From a virus (Duplodnaviria; Caudoviricetes): DNA of 64,000 bases. Location of the stretch: positions 2,465 through 66,464 of IMG/VR virus record IMGVR_UViG_3300020048_000128. The stretch is one strand, 5' to 3'. Below are positions 37,561 to 46,881 of this stretch, piece by piece; positions within the stretch are counted from its first letter, which is position 1; every line of letters starts with the position of its first letter. Position numbers and translations under genes: made by a program. Under the pieces are notes generated by a model. It worked only from the letters and a program-made list of their open reading frames with translations. It did no database searches and was not told where the DNA came from.

Positions 37561-38055
37561 TTATTTTCCACAATGGGAGTACTTACAATAATGTACAATT
37601 TCATAGGTTCCCCATACCACCCCAACCACAACAACAACAAGAAATATACTAGCAAAAGCTATCTCTAACATTTGCTGATTTTTCTTTTGTTGCTTTGTTG
37701 CGGATTCTTTGCTGCGTCTAGCCTGATGTGCAGACTCTATATCCATAGCGCTAGCGCGAGCTTTGATCTTGTTCCAGACATCTATTTTGCCAGTTTGCAT
37801 AAACAACATTTGAAGTTGTCTTTCAAACTGCTCAGTCTGATGCAATGCCATTTCAATTTCAATTGCAGTGGCCATGGCAGATTTTTTGCCACTGTTTTTA
37901 GCTTCAACCAACGCCTTGCTTGCAGTGCTTTTGGCATCAAAATATTTGCCTAATACTGGTCCCAATGATGCTACATCGTCTACAGTCTTTGATACTTTTT
38001 TAATCAATGCAACAGCAGATTGTATTCCTGCTAGTGCGGTTAGTGGGTCAATCAT
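37561..38055 (-). CDS. Hypothetical protein with C-terminal TM
   Basis: MIDPLTALA N-terminus. Confidence 0.7.
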   Translation of the reverse strand: MIDPLTALAGIQSAVALIKKVSKTVDDVASLGPVLGKYFDAKSTASKALVEAKNSGKKSAMATAIEIEMALHQTEQFERQLQMLFMQTGKIDVWNKIKARASAMDIESAHQARRSKESATKQQKKNQQMLEIAFASIFLVVVVVGVVWGTYEIVHYCKYSHCGK

Positions 38056-38279
38056 TGGCTATTTCCTCTACATAATTCTTTGTGAAGTCGTTTTGAACAA
38101 TCTTCTTTTCGTCGTTCTAAACATATTGCGTGTCTGTTGAACATATCAGTGCTGCTCCAAGTCCACCTGCTGCAGGTCCATACAGTATCTCGGGGGTCTG
38201 GTTTTTGTGGTTGAGCATCAGCACTCAATACAAAACAAAGTGTTGTAACTATCACAAGTTTAACAATGTATAGTTCCAT
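38052..38279 (-). CDS. Small secreted Cys-containing protein
   Basis: Signal-like N-terminus; CSRW...C...C. Confidence 0.6.
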   Translation of the reverse strand: MELYIVKLVIVTTLCFVLSADAQPQKPDPRDTVWTCSRWTWSSTDMFNRHAICLERRKEDCSKRLHKELCRGNSQ

Positions 38280-38280
38280 A

Positions 38281-40266
38281 TCAATCCTTTGCCTGATATT
38301 GGCTGTTGACTATTTGCTGCCACTTGTATTCATTGGCGCCTGACAGTCGTCTTTGTGCAGAACGATTATCAATCACTGGTTTGTGATATTGTTTGGCAAC
38401 TGCGCTGCCTAATGCATCAGGCACAATTGAATTCTGATATGCACTAAAGCCCGGTACATAACCAATCAAACCTACAACAAGTCCTTGTTGTGCAGTTTGT
38501 TGTTCCATGGTAGTTGCTTTAGCAATGTTGTTGGCAATCTCTTTGGCTTTTGCTCCTGCTTCAGCTCTAGCAGCTTTAGGATCTCCACTAGCTTTCTTTT
38601 CTACTCCAGCAACTGCGGTATCAGTTTTCTTAGCGTCAGCTTTTTGCTCAGCCTGTTTCTCAGCAGCAGCTGGACTGGTCACAGATGGTGCCACAGGTGT
38701 TGCGACTGATATTACAGAACTAACAGAAGAACTTGGCGCAATACTGTTAGCCACAGGACTAATTATTGATGTAGTAGATGTTACACTAGGAGGTGCAATT
38801 GCTGCATCTATTGTGGTGTCACCAGTTGTGCTTATTATTGCAACAGGATCTGATTGTTTTACTTCAGCTATAACAGTGATCACAGCAGGTTCTGATTTGA
38901 CCAGATACTTGATAGTATAAGCAGCTTTGTATCCTTCACATTGTGGATTATACAAACTGTCCTTCAAACATTGACTATCAAAGTAGGCCACTGCGTATCC
39001 TGGACAATCTGTAGCATACAGTGCTGAAATGGTGCATTGCTGTGTTTTGTAGGCTACATTATACCCTGCACAATCCGCAGCGTACAAAGGGTTAGCAGTG
39101 CATTGCTGTATTTTGTAAGCAGCACTGTAACCAGTACAGTCGGCGGCATACAGAGCATTCAAAGAACACTGTTGATTTTTATAAGCAACTTGATATCCTG
39201 GACATTGGGAATTAAACAACGAATTCAGCAAGCACTGTTGACTTTGATATGCTTCAGCATATCCTGGACAGTCAGTATCGTACAAAGCATTTAAAGAACA
39301 CTGTTGTGCCTTGTACGCCGCAGCGTAGTCTGGGCACTGAGTGCTGTACAATTGAGTGATACTGCATTGTTGATTCAAGTAAGCAGCAGCATAACCAGGG
39401 CAGGTGGCAGCGTACAATGGATTTGCAGTGCATTGTTGAGTGTAATACGCTGCCTGATAACCGGGGCATGTGGCAGCATACAAGGGATTTGCAGAACACT
39501 GTTGTGTAAAATATGCAGTTTGGTATCCTGAGCAGGTGGTTGCATACAAAGGGTTTGCAGTGCATTGTGCTTCTTGATAACCTGGACAATTAGGACTAGA
39601 CAACGGATTTGAATAACAAGCATTTCCGGTAGACGTGTACTCTATCAAGGCAGGTACTGTTGTTGTTGAAAATTTATTACCATGAAAATGAACGTTGTAT
39701 TCTCCTAACGCAGCATTTCCAACGATAGCACTGGTGGTCTGCTGGTCAATATTGACCTTGTCGTAGTTGATACCAACGTAACCGCTAGGTCTTATTTCTA
39801 CTCCAAAGGTATTGAGATTGGCACCGTTTGAGATTTCACCTATGTTTTCCCAAACGTACTTTTGATAAGTGGTGCTGCCTTCACTCCAAAATCTGCTAGA
39901 AGGTTGCGGATACAGGTCAGTGTTTAGTGGTATAATGGTATAGTTAAATCTTGTGCTAGAGTTATTGATTGGTTCACCAGAACAACAAAAACTATCCCAG
40001 GGCTGTTGTCCTACACTCATAAACCCCACAACACCGTTGGAAAACATAAACGAGTTAGTGAACACTTGCCCGTAAAAAGGAAATGGAAACTTGAGTGGTA
40101 CATTAACCCAGGTATCATCTCCGAACTGGTGGTACGTTTTATACCCAGCACACGCAGGCGAACTCTGCGGATTAGCAGCACAAGGATCAGTGTTGGTGCC
40201 GACAATTTGCCCTTGCCCAGCAAAAGTAATCATTGCCAGCATTACCGCGGCAAGAAATCGTTTCAT
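38281..40266 (-). CDS. Secreted protein with nidogen-like N-terminal domain and 11 Cys-rich 22-aa repeats
   Basis: Signal peptide; VPLKFPFPFYGQVF; repeats of C-x9-C-x-GY-xxAYxxQQ. Confidence 0.8.
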   Translation of the reverse strand: MKRFLAAVMLAMITFAGQGQIVGTNTDPCAANPQSSPACAGYKTYHQFGDDTWVNVPLKFPFPFYGQVFTNSFMFSNGVVGFMSVGQQPWDSFCCSGEPINNSSTRFNYTIIPLNTDLYPQPSSRFWSEGSTTYQKYVWENIGEISNGANLNTFGVEIRPSGYVGINYDKVNIDQQTTSAIVGNAALGEYNVHFHGNKFSTTTVPALIEYTSTGNACYSNPLSSPNCPGYQEAQCTANPLYATTCSGYQTAYFTQQCSANPLYAATCPGYQAAYYTQQCTANPLYAATCPGYAAAYLNQQCSITQLYSTQCPDYAAAYKAQQCSLNALYDTDCPGYAEAYQSQQCLLNSLFNSQCPGYQVAYKNQQCSLNALYAADCTGYSAAYKIQQCTANPLYAADCAGYNVAYKTQQCTISALYATDCPGYAVAYFDSQCLKDSLYNPQCEGYKAAYTIKYLVKSEPAVITVIAEVKQSDPVAIISTTGDTTIDAAIAPPSVTSTTSIISPVANSIAPSSSVSSVISVATPVAPSVTSPAAAEKQAEQKADAKKTDTAVAGVEKKASGDPKAARAEAGAKAKEIANNIAKATTMEQQTAQQGLVVGLIGYVPGFSAYQNSIVPDALGSAVAKQYHKPVIDNRSAQRRLSGANEYKWQQIVNSQYQAKD

Positions 40267-40268
40267 GA

Positions 40269-40745
40269 TTAATCCTTGACAGGTCGAGGAATACGATCTT
40301 GGTGCTCATCCCAGGCAGTTTTGGCTTCTGCTCCAATCTTGCCATCAATGGGGCAAGGTGTACCGGCAGCGTTCATGGCATCCCAAACTCTACGGTCCTG
40401 ACACATTGCAGCCACGGCAGCAACCTTCATACCCATGTCATATAAACTACGACTTAACTTAAGGCGTTCACAGTTCATGTCACGAACCGTGCCACCAAAA
40501 CTTATACCTAGAATTTGTGTTTGTGCTGCACCAGAAAAAGCAGTAATGCAAACATCACTGTTGATGGCAGTTATTGATGGAGAAATAGCACTTGGTGGGG
40601 GACTTTTTACAGTAGCTTCGCTAATACTAGTAGAAGTATTTGTACTGGAATTAGTACTTTGGGTAATGATAGGATCCATCTGCGAATACGCTAATGTCGC
40701 AGAACAACCCAGCAGCAGAGCTGCAATTATTTTTGTTTTTTTCAT
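40269..40745 (-). CDS. Secreted Cys-containing phage protein
   Basis: Signal peptide; SPPPSAISP, DMNCERLKL, GTPCP; minus-strand TAAATA at 40793-40798. Confidence 0.75.
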   Translation of the reverse strand: MKKTKIIAALLLGCSATLAYSQMDPIITQSTNSSTNTSTSISEATVKSPPPSAISPSITAINSDVCITAFSGAAQTQILGISFGGTVRDMNCERLKLSRSLYDMGMKVAAVAAMCQDRRVWDAMNAAGTPCPIDGKIGAEAKTAWDEHQDRIPRPVKD

Positions 40746-40830
40746 GGCTCCGGCCCTTTGTTAGTAACAGCCGCTCTTTGGCAGCTTGCTAATATTTATA
40801 GGGCCGGAACTGGTTTATAGTCTAGTACTA

Positions 40831-41076
40831 TTAAACTGGTTTTTTAGGCACTGGCTTTTTAGCTGGAGCTTTGGCAACTGGCTTTTTAGCTGGAGCTTTG
40901 GCAACTGGATTTGGCTTCTGCACCGATGCCGGCTTTGCAAATGCCACAACCGGTGCAAGAGTGGGAGCAACCTCAACAGGTGTTTCTACTTTGTATGGTA
41001 CAGCTTCTGGCTGCACAGCTGGCGCGAACGCCTTGGGGTCTGGTTGTTTGAACCAATCAAAAATTGCTTTAAGCAT
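40831..41076 (-). CDS. Small Pro/Ala/Lys-rich protein (histone H1-like tail)
   Basis: KAPAKKPVA repeats (27-bp direct repeat); GGAG RBS; TAAATA at 41094-41099. Confidence 0.75.
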   Translation of the reverse strand: MLKAIFDWFKQPDPKAFAPAVQPEAVPYKVETPVEVAPTLAPVVAFAKPASVQKPNPVAKAPAKKPVAKAPAKKPVPKKPV

Positions 41077-41153
41077 AGATATCTCCTATCAAGTATTTAC
41101 TACTATTTGCAAATTTAAAAATAAAAAATTAGTGAGTGGTCACTAAAGTGCTG

Positions 41154-41189
41154 AAAAAATGCTGCGACCGCACATTTTTTCTATAAATA
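41154..41189 (+). promoter_or_regulatory. TGC-N4-GCA inverted repeat (PhaR-like operator) adjacent to TATAAATA
   Basis: AAAAAATG-C-TGCGACCGCA-CATTTTTT, then TATAAATA at 41182-41189. Confidence 0.5.
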
Positions 41190-41206
41190 TATGTTACAAT
41201 AGCACA

Positions 41207-41256
41207 TGGGACGCTGGATAGGCCGGGTCCCGTAGCTAACTCGCTTAAATTAGGAG
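41207..41256 (+). promoter_or_regulatory. ROSE-like leader upstream of phasin
   Basis: Hairpin with a single G bulge, then CUCGCUU-AAAUU-AGGAG. Confidence 0.55.
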
Positions 41257-41262
41257 AAACAC

Positions 41263-41535
41263 ATGTTTACAGCAGACGCAATCATCGACACCGTGCAAAA
41301 CGGTAAAAAGCAATTTGTCAAGACCTTTGTACAAAACGAAGCCGCAGCCACTGCAATGAATTCGTTCATTGAAGCTCAAGCTGAGTACACCAAAAAGGCC
41401 GCCAAAGTAGGCATGGACACATTCACTGCACTCAGCACCGAAGCAGTCAAAGCTGGCCAAAACGCTATGAAATTTGATTACAGCAAATTTGGTGAAGGTA
41501 TCATGAAGGCTTACACAGCTACTGGCAAAAAGTAA
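41263..41535 (+). CDS. phaP: Phasin-like (PHA granule-associated) protein
   Basis: 90-aa Ala/Lys-rich amphipathic helices (IDTVQNGKKQFVKTF...FIEAQAEYTK); family call by resemblance only. Confidence 0.55.
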   Translation: MFTADAIIDTVQNGKKQFVKTFVQNEAAATAMNSFIEAQAEYTKKAAKVGMDTFTALSTEAVKAGQNAMKFDYSKFGEGIMKAYTATGKK

Positions 41536-41554
41536 TACTCAAGTAGTACTGAAC

Positions 41555-41579
41555 AAGCCCCGCAAGGGGCTTTTCTTTT
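41555..41579 (+). terminator. Rho-independent terminator
   Basis: AAGCCCC-GCAA-GGGGCTT plus T-run. Confidence 0.85.
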
Positions 41580-41582
41580 GAC

Positions 41583-41637
41583 TTGACCAAAAATGCTCAA
41601 TTTGCTATAATACACACATAGCAAAGCAAAACAGGAG
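41583..41637 (+). repeat. Repeated early promoter/RBS cassette copy 3
   Basis: TTGACC-17-TATAAT; CATAGCAAAGCAAAACAGGAG; palindrome-like site at 41532-41549. Confidence 0.85.
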
Positions 41638-41643
41638 TTGAAC

Positions 41644-41757
41644 ATGCTGGTCACTTGCAGAAAAACTGGACGTCAATACGACCCTGATCTGGAGTTCCAA
41701 CGCATCCTGCGTGAGGCTTGGTTCCAGGCTGTGATGAAGAGACTCAAGGAGCGTTGA
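41644..41757 (+). CDS. 37-aa early peptide (not in ORF track)
   Basis: MLVTCRKTGRQYDPDLEFQRILREAWFQAVMKRLKER directly after the cassette RBS. Confidence 0.7.
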   Translation: MLVTCRKTGRQYDPDLEFQRILREAWFQAVMKRLKER

Positions 41758-41758
41758 C

Positions 41759-41908
41759 ATGAAACTTATATCGTTTAAAATTGCAGCGCCAAAAGGGCGC
41801 ATGCACCGTGCCTTGTTCAATCAAGATCTACCATTCCGCGGCCGTGTGGAACAGCCTAAGACTGTTTACCAGCGCCAGCCCAAGCACCGGAAGCAGGAGC
41901 AATCATGA
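41759..41908 (+). CDS. 49-aa basic peptide (not in ORF track)
   Basis: AAGGAG RBS; MKLISFKIAAPKGRMHRALFNQDLPFR... Confidence 0.65.
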   Translation: MKLISFKIAAPKGRMHRALFNQDLPFRGRVEQPKTVYQRQPKHRKQEQS

Positions 41909-42240
41909 AGTGGATCTTGCTGTTGGCAGCAGCGCTAACTGGTTGCAGCACTACCAGTGCCGATGTTAAACTAACAGGCTACAAACTGGTGGAGAATCAA
42001 AACTTTTACCAAGCCGAAGGCCAGAACACTGTGATAGTGCGCTGGATTAGATTGTCTGATCAACGTCTACAAACTGTGTGTGGCAATGCTACTGGCAAGT
42101 CTCGATCCGGAGCCGTGTTTCTTGGTTGTGCCAGTACAGATCCTTCAAAAGTTTGCACAATCTACACCAGCGCTAATACCACACATCAAATCTTTGGGCA
42201 CGAGCTGCGCCATTGCTTTCAAGGAAAATTTCATGACTGA
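41905..42240 (+). CDS. Putative lipoprotein
   Basis: Lipobox LTGC; C-terminal GHELRHC (HExxH-like). Confidence 0.75.
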   Translation: MKWILLLAAALTGCSTTSADVKLTGYKLVENQNFYQAEGQNTVIVRWIRLSDQRLQTVCGNATGKSRSGAVFLGCASTDPSKVCTIYTSANTTHQIFGHELRHCFQGKFHD

Positions 42241-42403
42241 ATCTAACTTAGACGGTAGAACCACTGTGGAGATTAATCTGGATCATGAAGAATGGTACCA
42301 GCTCATGATCATGGCTCATGAGCGTGACATCACACTGAATCAAATGGTAGAACAAATTCTACGTCGAGTGATTCAAGAACATGTTGAAAAGAATCCGTTA
42401 TGA
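42233..42403 (+). CDS. Small protein, ribbon-helix-helix-like
   Basis: AHERDITLNQMVEQIL. Confidence 0.6.
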   Translation: MTESNLDGRTTVEINLDHEEWYQLMIMAHERDITLNQMVEQILRRVIQEHVEKNPL

Positions 42404-42642
42404 AAATACTGCTAGTGTGTCTGGCCCTACTAACAGGTTGCAGCACCTATGATCGACATGTGCCAGCATCTGTTGCAGTCATGCCAACTGACTGTGGCAA
42501 CAGAGTTGCTATCATCAACTGGTATGAAAGCCAATTGGCAATTCCCCGTCAAGCCTTGCAAAGTGAAAGAGATTATGCAAATTATCAAGCACAGGTTCGC
42601 TATCGTATTTGGCATCTGCGTTATATGTGTCAGCCAGCTTAG
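42400..42642 (+). CDS. Putative lipoprotein
   Basis: Lipobox LTGC. Confidence 0.75.
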   Translation: MKILLVCLALLTGCSTYDRHVPASVAVMPTDCGNRVAIINWYESQLAIPRQALQSERDYANYQAQVRYRIWHLRYMCQPA

Positions 42643-42919
42643 TGGCTGTGCCACACAGCCCATGCCTAACAGAATCCCAATGGCCACACAAGATCTAAAT
42701 CACTTTAGAATTGATTGCAGTCGCAAACAAGAACAGATTACGTTTTTACAAAACATGAGGGTCTCTAGAGATGAACAGTTTGCTTCACGCATGAGAGTCA
42801 TGCTCAAACCCTACGAAATAATAACTGATCCTGGCGCATACTATACCAATCATGATATTGCATATAGAAACACCAACAAGTATATCAACTTTTTGTTAAA
42901 GGAATTGAGCACATGCTAA
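42575..42919 (+). CDS. Putative lipoprotein (start uncertain)
   Basis: LSGC lipobox; overlaps the upstream gene by ~68 nt. Confidence 0.6.
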   Translation: MQIIKHRFAIVFGICVICVSQLSGCATQPMPNRIPMATQDLNHFRIDCSRKQEQITFLQNMRVSRDEQFASRMRVMLKPYEIITDPGAYYTNHDIAYRNTNKYINFLLKELSTC

Positions 42920-43482
42920 AATCAAGTTTGTTGTTCTTGGCTCTGCTGCCTGCGGTGTTGCATGCTGAATGTGTGCTGACTGATCGAACCAGTACGGCTA
43001 GCAGCGCACTCATACAAGAGCGTTCTGCAGCCCGTGCAGACATTGTTCCGGCACCAGGCTTGGCAGGATATAAGCGCTGTCAAGTGAGCTTTCGTGGACG
43101 GGTAGGCGGAGCATGGTATACTGGACATGGCTACTATGATTGGCCAGGCGATCGTCCCCCAGCAGAAGCTTGCTCAATTGCACAACAACGAGCAGATGAC
43201 TCAGTCCGATTGCAAGCAGGTCCCAGTCGTGTGCAAACTGAGAAAGTCATGGTGTGTTCGGACCGCGAAAACATGAACTCCTTGCGCAACATCTCAGTTG
43301 GGGTGCAAGCAGATATTCACCAATTTAGGCCACATCCTGATTTCCCACGTGAGTTTTGGTACAATGGTACCAGGTGCCGTTGGTTTACTGAACCCAGTTT
43401 CAAGAATCAAGACATCTACAACTATCAAGGTGTCATATGCCAGTTAAACCGTACTAATTGGGTAGTGGTTGACAAATTTTGA
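42913..43482 (+). CDS. Secreted Cys-rich protein
   Basis: Signal peptide (LHA/EC); six Cys. Confidence 0.7.
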   Translation: MLKSSLLFLALLPAVLHAECVLTDRTSTASSALIQERSAARADIVPAPGLAGYKRCQVSFRGRVGGAWYTGHGYYDWPGDRPPAEACSIAQQRADDSVRLQAGPSRVQTEKVMVCSDRENMNSLRNISVGVQADIHQFRPHPDFPREFWYNGTRCRWFTEPSFKNQDIYNYQGVICQLNRTNWVVVDKF

Positions 43483-43525
43483 TCTTTCTGTTACACTTGA
43501 CTTATCTTTAACCTAAGGAACACTC

Positions 43526-44320
43526 ATGAAACTTATATTAACCTTGGCAGCAGTTTTGGTGTTGTCTGCGTGTGCTAGCAATCCAGCCAAAACTGCAGAA
43601 GTAATTCCAGCCCCTGCTCCGACTATAGTGTACCAACCAATTTCGCAACCGTATGCACTACCGCAGGCACCAGCACGAACTGTGACCCCAGCTCCTACTT
43701 GGTTTGTTAACCTGCCTGAGGATACAACTGACATGATGTTTGCAGCAGGTACTGCGACCAGCACAGATGAGCAAATGGCCTACGACAAAGCACGTATGTC
43801 AGCAGAGCGCAAGCTAGTAGAGAACATGTACAGTCGTGTGCAAACACAAACCAAAAGCTATCGTGCAGATCGCGGCGATGCAATGATTGAAAACTTTCAA
43901 CAAGTTACTCGCAAAAATGCACGTGGTGAGCTAAGTGGTGCGCAACGGGTGGACAGTCGTGCCACATTTGATGGCAGAATTTACAAGGTGTATGTGCTAG
44001 TTCGACTGCCGCTAGGAACAAACAATGTGATACAAAATCGTCGTGATCAAGCACGGGCACAGCGTGAAGCAGATATTAGCAGCCGAGCCGCAGAACAAGA
44101 CATGGACCGTAACGAGTCTGCAGAACGTGGTATTCAACGTGAAAATGACGATGATCTTACGCGACGTCTAGCACCTCAGAGCAAAGTGGTTCCTGTTACT
44201 AAATCAGTAGATACTGGCACTATTCAATTGCTGGATGTGGACAATGCAGAATACAAACGTCGGCGTGATGAAGCGTTATCCAAACCTAACGCTGTAATTG
44301 GTCAAACTGTACTGCGATAA
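43526..44320 (+). CDS. LPP20-like lipoprotein
   Basis: Lipobox LSAC; FAAGTATS...AYDKARMSAERKL. Confidence 0.7.
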   Translation: MKLILTLAAVLVLSACASNPAKTAEVIPAPAPTIVYQPISQPYALPQAPARTVTPAPTWFVNLPEDTTDMMFAAGTATSTDEQMAYDKARMSAERKLVENMYSRVQTQTKSYRADRGDAMIENFQQVTRKNARGELSGAQRVDSRATFDGRIYKVYVLVRLPLGTNNVIQNRRDQARAQREADISSRAAEQDMDRNESAERGIQRENDDDLTRRLAPQSKVVPVTKSVDTGTIQLLDVDNAEYKRRRDEALSKPNAVIGQTVLR

Positions 44321-44344
44321 TGCATTTTTGTGGGGCTAAATATC

Positions 44345-44935
44345 ATGCAGGAACCAAAAATGACCACAGAAACAGAAGCTAGTACATCGCACGGACAAGA
44401 ACTTGCAGACAACGGTCTCATGGTTCTCATGGGTGAGATCGATAACGATTCTATCAAACCTGTGATCGAGTGGATCCTGTATGAAAATCATGTCAGCAAA
44501 AAGAAGCGACAAGAACTGTTGTTAATGGTCTGTAGTGAAGGCGGTGATTTAAGTACCGCCTTTGCCTTGATTGACGTGATGCGTAGCAGCCGCTTGCCTA
44601 TCAAAACAGTAGGCCTGGGGCAGATCGGGTCTGCAGGCTTGTTGATCTTTCTTGCCGGCACGCCTGGTCGTCGTGTGCTCACTCCCAACACCAGTATTCT
44701 AAGTCATCAGTTCAGTTGGGGCAGTGACGGCAAAGTGCATGAACTGTTTGCCACCATGAAAGAGTTCGAGCTTACGCAAAAGCGCATGGTACAGCACTAC
44801 AAAGATTGTACTGGACTAGGTGAAGAAGAAATTCGCACAGCACTGTTACCGCCACATGATGTGTGGCTAACAGCACAAGAAGCTCTTGCTCTCAATGTGT
44901 GCGATGTGATCAGTCCAGCAGTGCGGCAAGCTTAA
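44345..44935 (+). CDS. clpP: ClpP-family serine protease (divergent copy)
   Basis: LMGEID, SEGGD, GQIGSAG (Ser), SHQ (His), HDVWLTAQEA (Asp); TAAATA at 44337-44342. Confidence 0.9.
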   Translation: MQEPKMTTETEASTSHGQELADNGLMVLMGEIDNDSIKPVIEWILYENHVSKKKRQELLLMVCSEGGDLSTAFALIDVMRSSRLPIKTVGLGQIGSAGLLIFLAGTPGRRVLTPNTSILSHQFSWGSDGKVHELFATMKEFELTQKRMVQHYKDCTGLGEEEIRTALLPPHDVWLTAQEALALNVCDVISPAVRQA

Positions 44936-46203
44936 CGCTTTGCTCGTCCCAGAGTACCAGCATCGGTCTTGGGCGCAGCATCACTTCTTGCAGCTTTTAC
45001 ACCTGGGCCCTTAAGGCGTGGTGTTTGCGTGACAGCATCAAGATCGGTAGTGCTTAGTTTAGCCGGGATTGTTGCCGCTGCGGACTTAGCAGATTGTGCT
45101 GCTCCACCTCCACCTCCAGCAGTGTCTACAATTTCTATTTGTGGGTAAGGTAACCGAACATCTGCTGTACTGGTGATATAAGTTGTACCAGCATGCAATC
45201 GCAAACCACTGGCAGCTAGCTCATCTGCATTTTTAAAAAATACTGTCATGATAGGATCTTTGACAAGGCTAATGTACAATACACCTTCGTCTTTTTTCTT
45301 GCTCATGTAATAGTTAAAGTTTGTTTTGGCATACTCTTGCTTGACAGCGTTTATGTCAGCTTTTTGTATAGCAGAAATGATGTTCGAAACATCCTCGCCT
45401 TCAAAAATTTGTTGAATTACTTCGCGTATCATGGAAAGTAATTCTGCTGCCTCTTTTTTGAGCTCTGGATTGGTTGCAAGCACTTCGTAAAAGTTTACAA
45501 GTCCATCCAAATTGGCGCCACTCTTGGCGAGGTCGGGTTGATACTGTTTAATAAACGCATTAAGTTTACGTGCCGCTTGATCAAATCCTGGTCCGGGACG
45601 AACTTCTTGGTCAGTAAACCGACCTGCCCCACCGTCTGTGGTTTTGACCTCAATAGCCCGGCCACTTATATTCAAGTCGCCTTTGCCTTCTTGCTTGTTA
45701 ATGCTCTTGCTCATTACGCTAAGACCGAATTCGCCTTTTCCTTGTCCCAAAGCTGAAATACGCATGAGCTCATTTGACAGTTCACGGATAGCAGGATTCT
45801 TGTCGTAGTCGGTGATAATTTGACTAAAATTCTTTTTGCCAGATCCTAGTAGTGCGTTAATCTTGACCAACTTGTTGGTACGCCATAAGTTGAATAGTTG
45901 GTCTCGATCAGCTGGGGTCATGTCAATACTGAGTATGTATCGAGCTAGCTCTTTTTGCGCTGCACTAACTGTAGGGTCATCGACACTGGCTAGTTCACCG
46001 TTGATGATGCCCATTTTACCACCGGCATGTACGTGTTTAAGCAAATCTTCAATTTCTCGTAGGGCTTTTGCAGTTGCGTCATCATCGGGCAGTTGTTTGA
46101 TTTTGCCTGCAATGACTTTTTTAAATGCTTCTATTTCATCAATGTTAGGCAGTTGATTAGACGGCGCTTCGTAAAGTTTGATTAAATTGAGTAGGTCTCT
46201 CAT
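44932..46203 (-). CDS. Hypothetical protein with PD-(D/E)xK nuclease-like motif
   Basis: GKGEF...[15 protein letters not shown]; N-terminal [13 protein letters not shown]. Confidence 0.55.
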   Translation of the reverse strand: MRDLLNLIKLYEAPSNQLPNIDEIEAFKKVIAGKIKQLPDDDATAKALREIEDLLKHVHAGGKMGIINGELASVDDPTVSAAQKELARYILSIDMTPADRDQLFNLWRTNKLVKINALLGSGKKNFSQIITDYDKNPAIRELSNELMRISALGQGKGEFGLSVMSKSINKQEGKGDLNISGRAIEVKTTDGGAGRFTDQEVRPGPGFDQAARKLNAFIKQYQPDLAKSGANLDGLVNFYEVLATNPELKKEAAELLSMIREVIQQIFEGEDVSNIISAIQKADINAVKQEYAKTNFNYYMSKKKDEGVLYISLVKDPIMTVFFKNADELAASGLRLHAGTTYITSTADVRLPYPQIEIVDTAGGGGGAAQSAKSAAATIPAKLSTTDLDAVTQTPRLKGPGVKAARSDAAPKTDAGTLGRAKR

Positions 46204-46257
46204 TGTGTGTTCCAGAAAAATATGTTATACTTACTTATCATTAACACAAGGAACTCT

Positions 46258-46881
46258 ATGCCAAATTTGGTACCAATCGTAGTCGAGCAAACTGGTAAAG
46301 GTGAGCGCAGTTATGACATCTACAGCCGCCTGCTCAAAGACCGTGTGATCATGCTGGACACTGACGTAAACGAGCACACAGCTAGTTTGTTGGTTGCTCA
46401 GTTGTTGTTTCTTGAAAGCGAAAACCCAGACAAGGATATTAGCTTGTATATCAATAGCCCAGGCGGTGTTGTGACTGCAGGTTTGGCTATATACGATACT
46501 ATGCAATTTATCAAGTGCGATGTTCAAACCATTGTGATGGGCCAAGCAGCCAGCATGGGGTCATTGCTGGCCCAAGCAGGTGCACCGGGCAAGCGTTTTG
46601 TATTGCCTGAAAGCCGCACCATGATCCATCGTGTTAGTTCAGGTACTCCGGGCACTCGTGGTAGCGTACATGTGCAAGATTTGCAATTTGAAGACAGCAA
46701 ACGCAGCTTTGAAGAATCAATTCGTGTGAACAAGCGCTTGACCGAACTGTATGTTAAGCACAACACAGCAGGCAAAACTTATGACGAACTGTATGAGACC
46801 ATGAAGTTTGATACTTTCCTGAGCGCACAGCAAGCAGTTGATTTTGGTTTAGCTGACAAGATTGTGGAGAACCGTGCCTAA
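46258..46881 (+). CDS. clpP: ATP-dependent Clp protease proteolytic subunit ClpP
   Basis: [37 protein letters not shown]. Confidence 0.96.
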   Translation: MPNLVPIVVEQTGKGERSYDIYSRLLKDRVIMLDTDVNEHTASLLVAQLLFLESENPDKDISLYINSPGGVVTAGLAIYDTMQFIKCDVQTIVMGQAASMGSLLAQAGAPGKRFVLPESRTMIHRVSSGTPGTRGSVHVQDLQFEDSKRSFEESIRVNKRLTELYVKHNTAGKTYDELYETMKFDTFLSAQQAVDFGLADKIVENRA

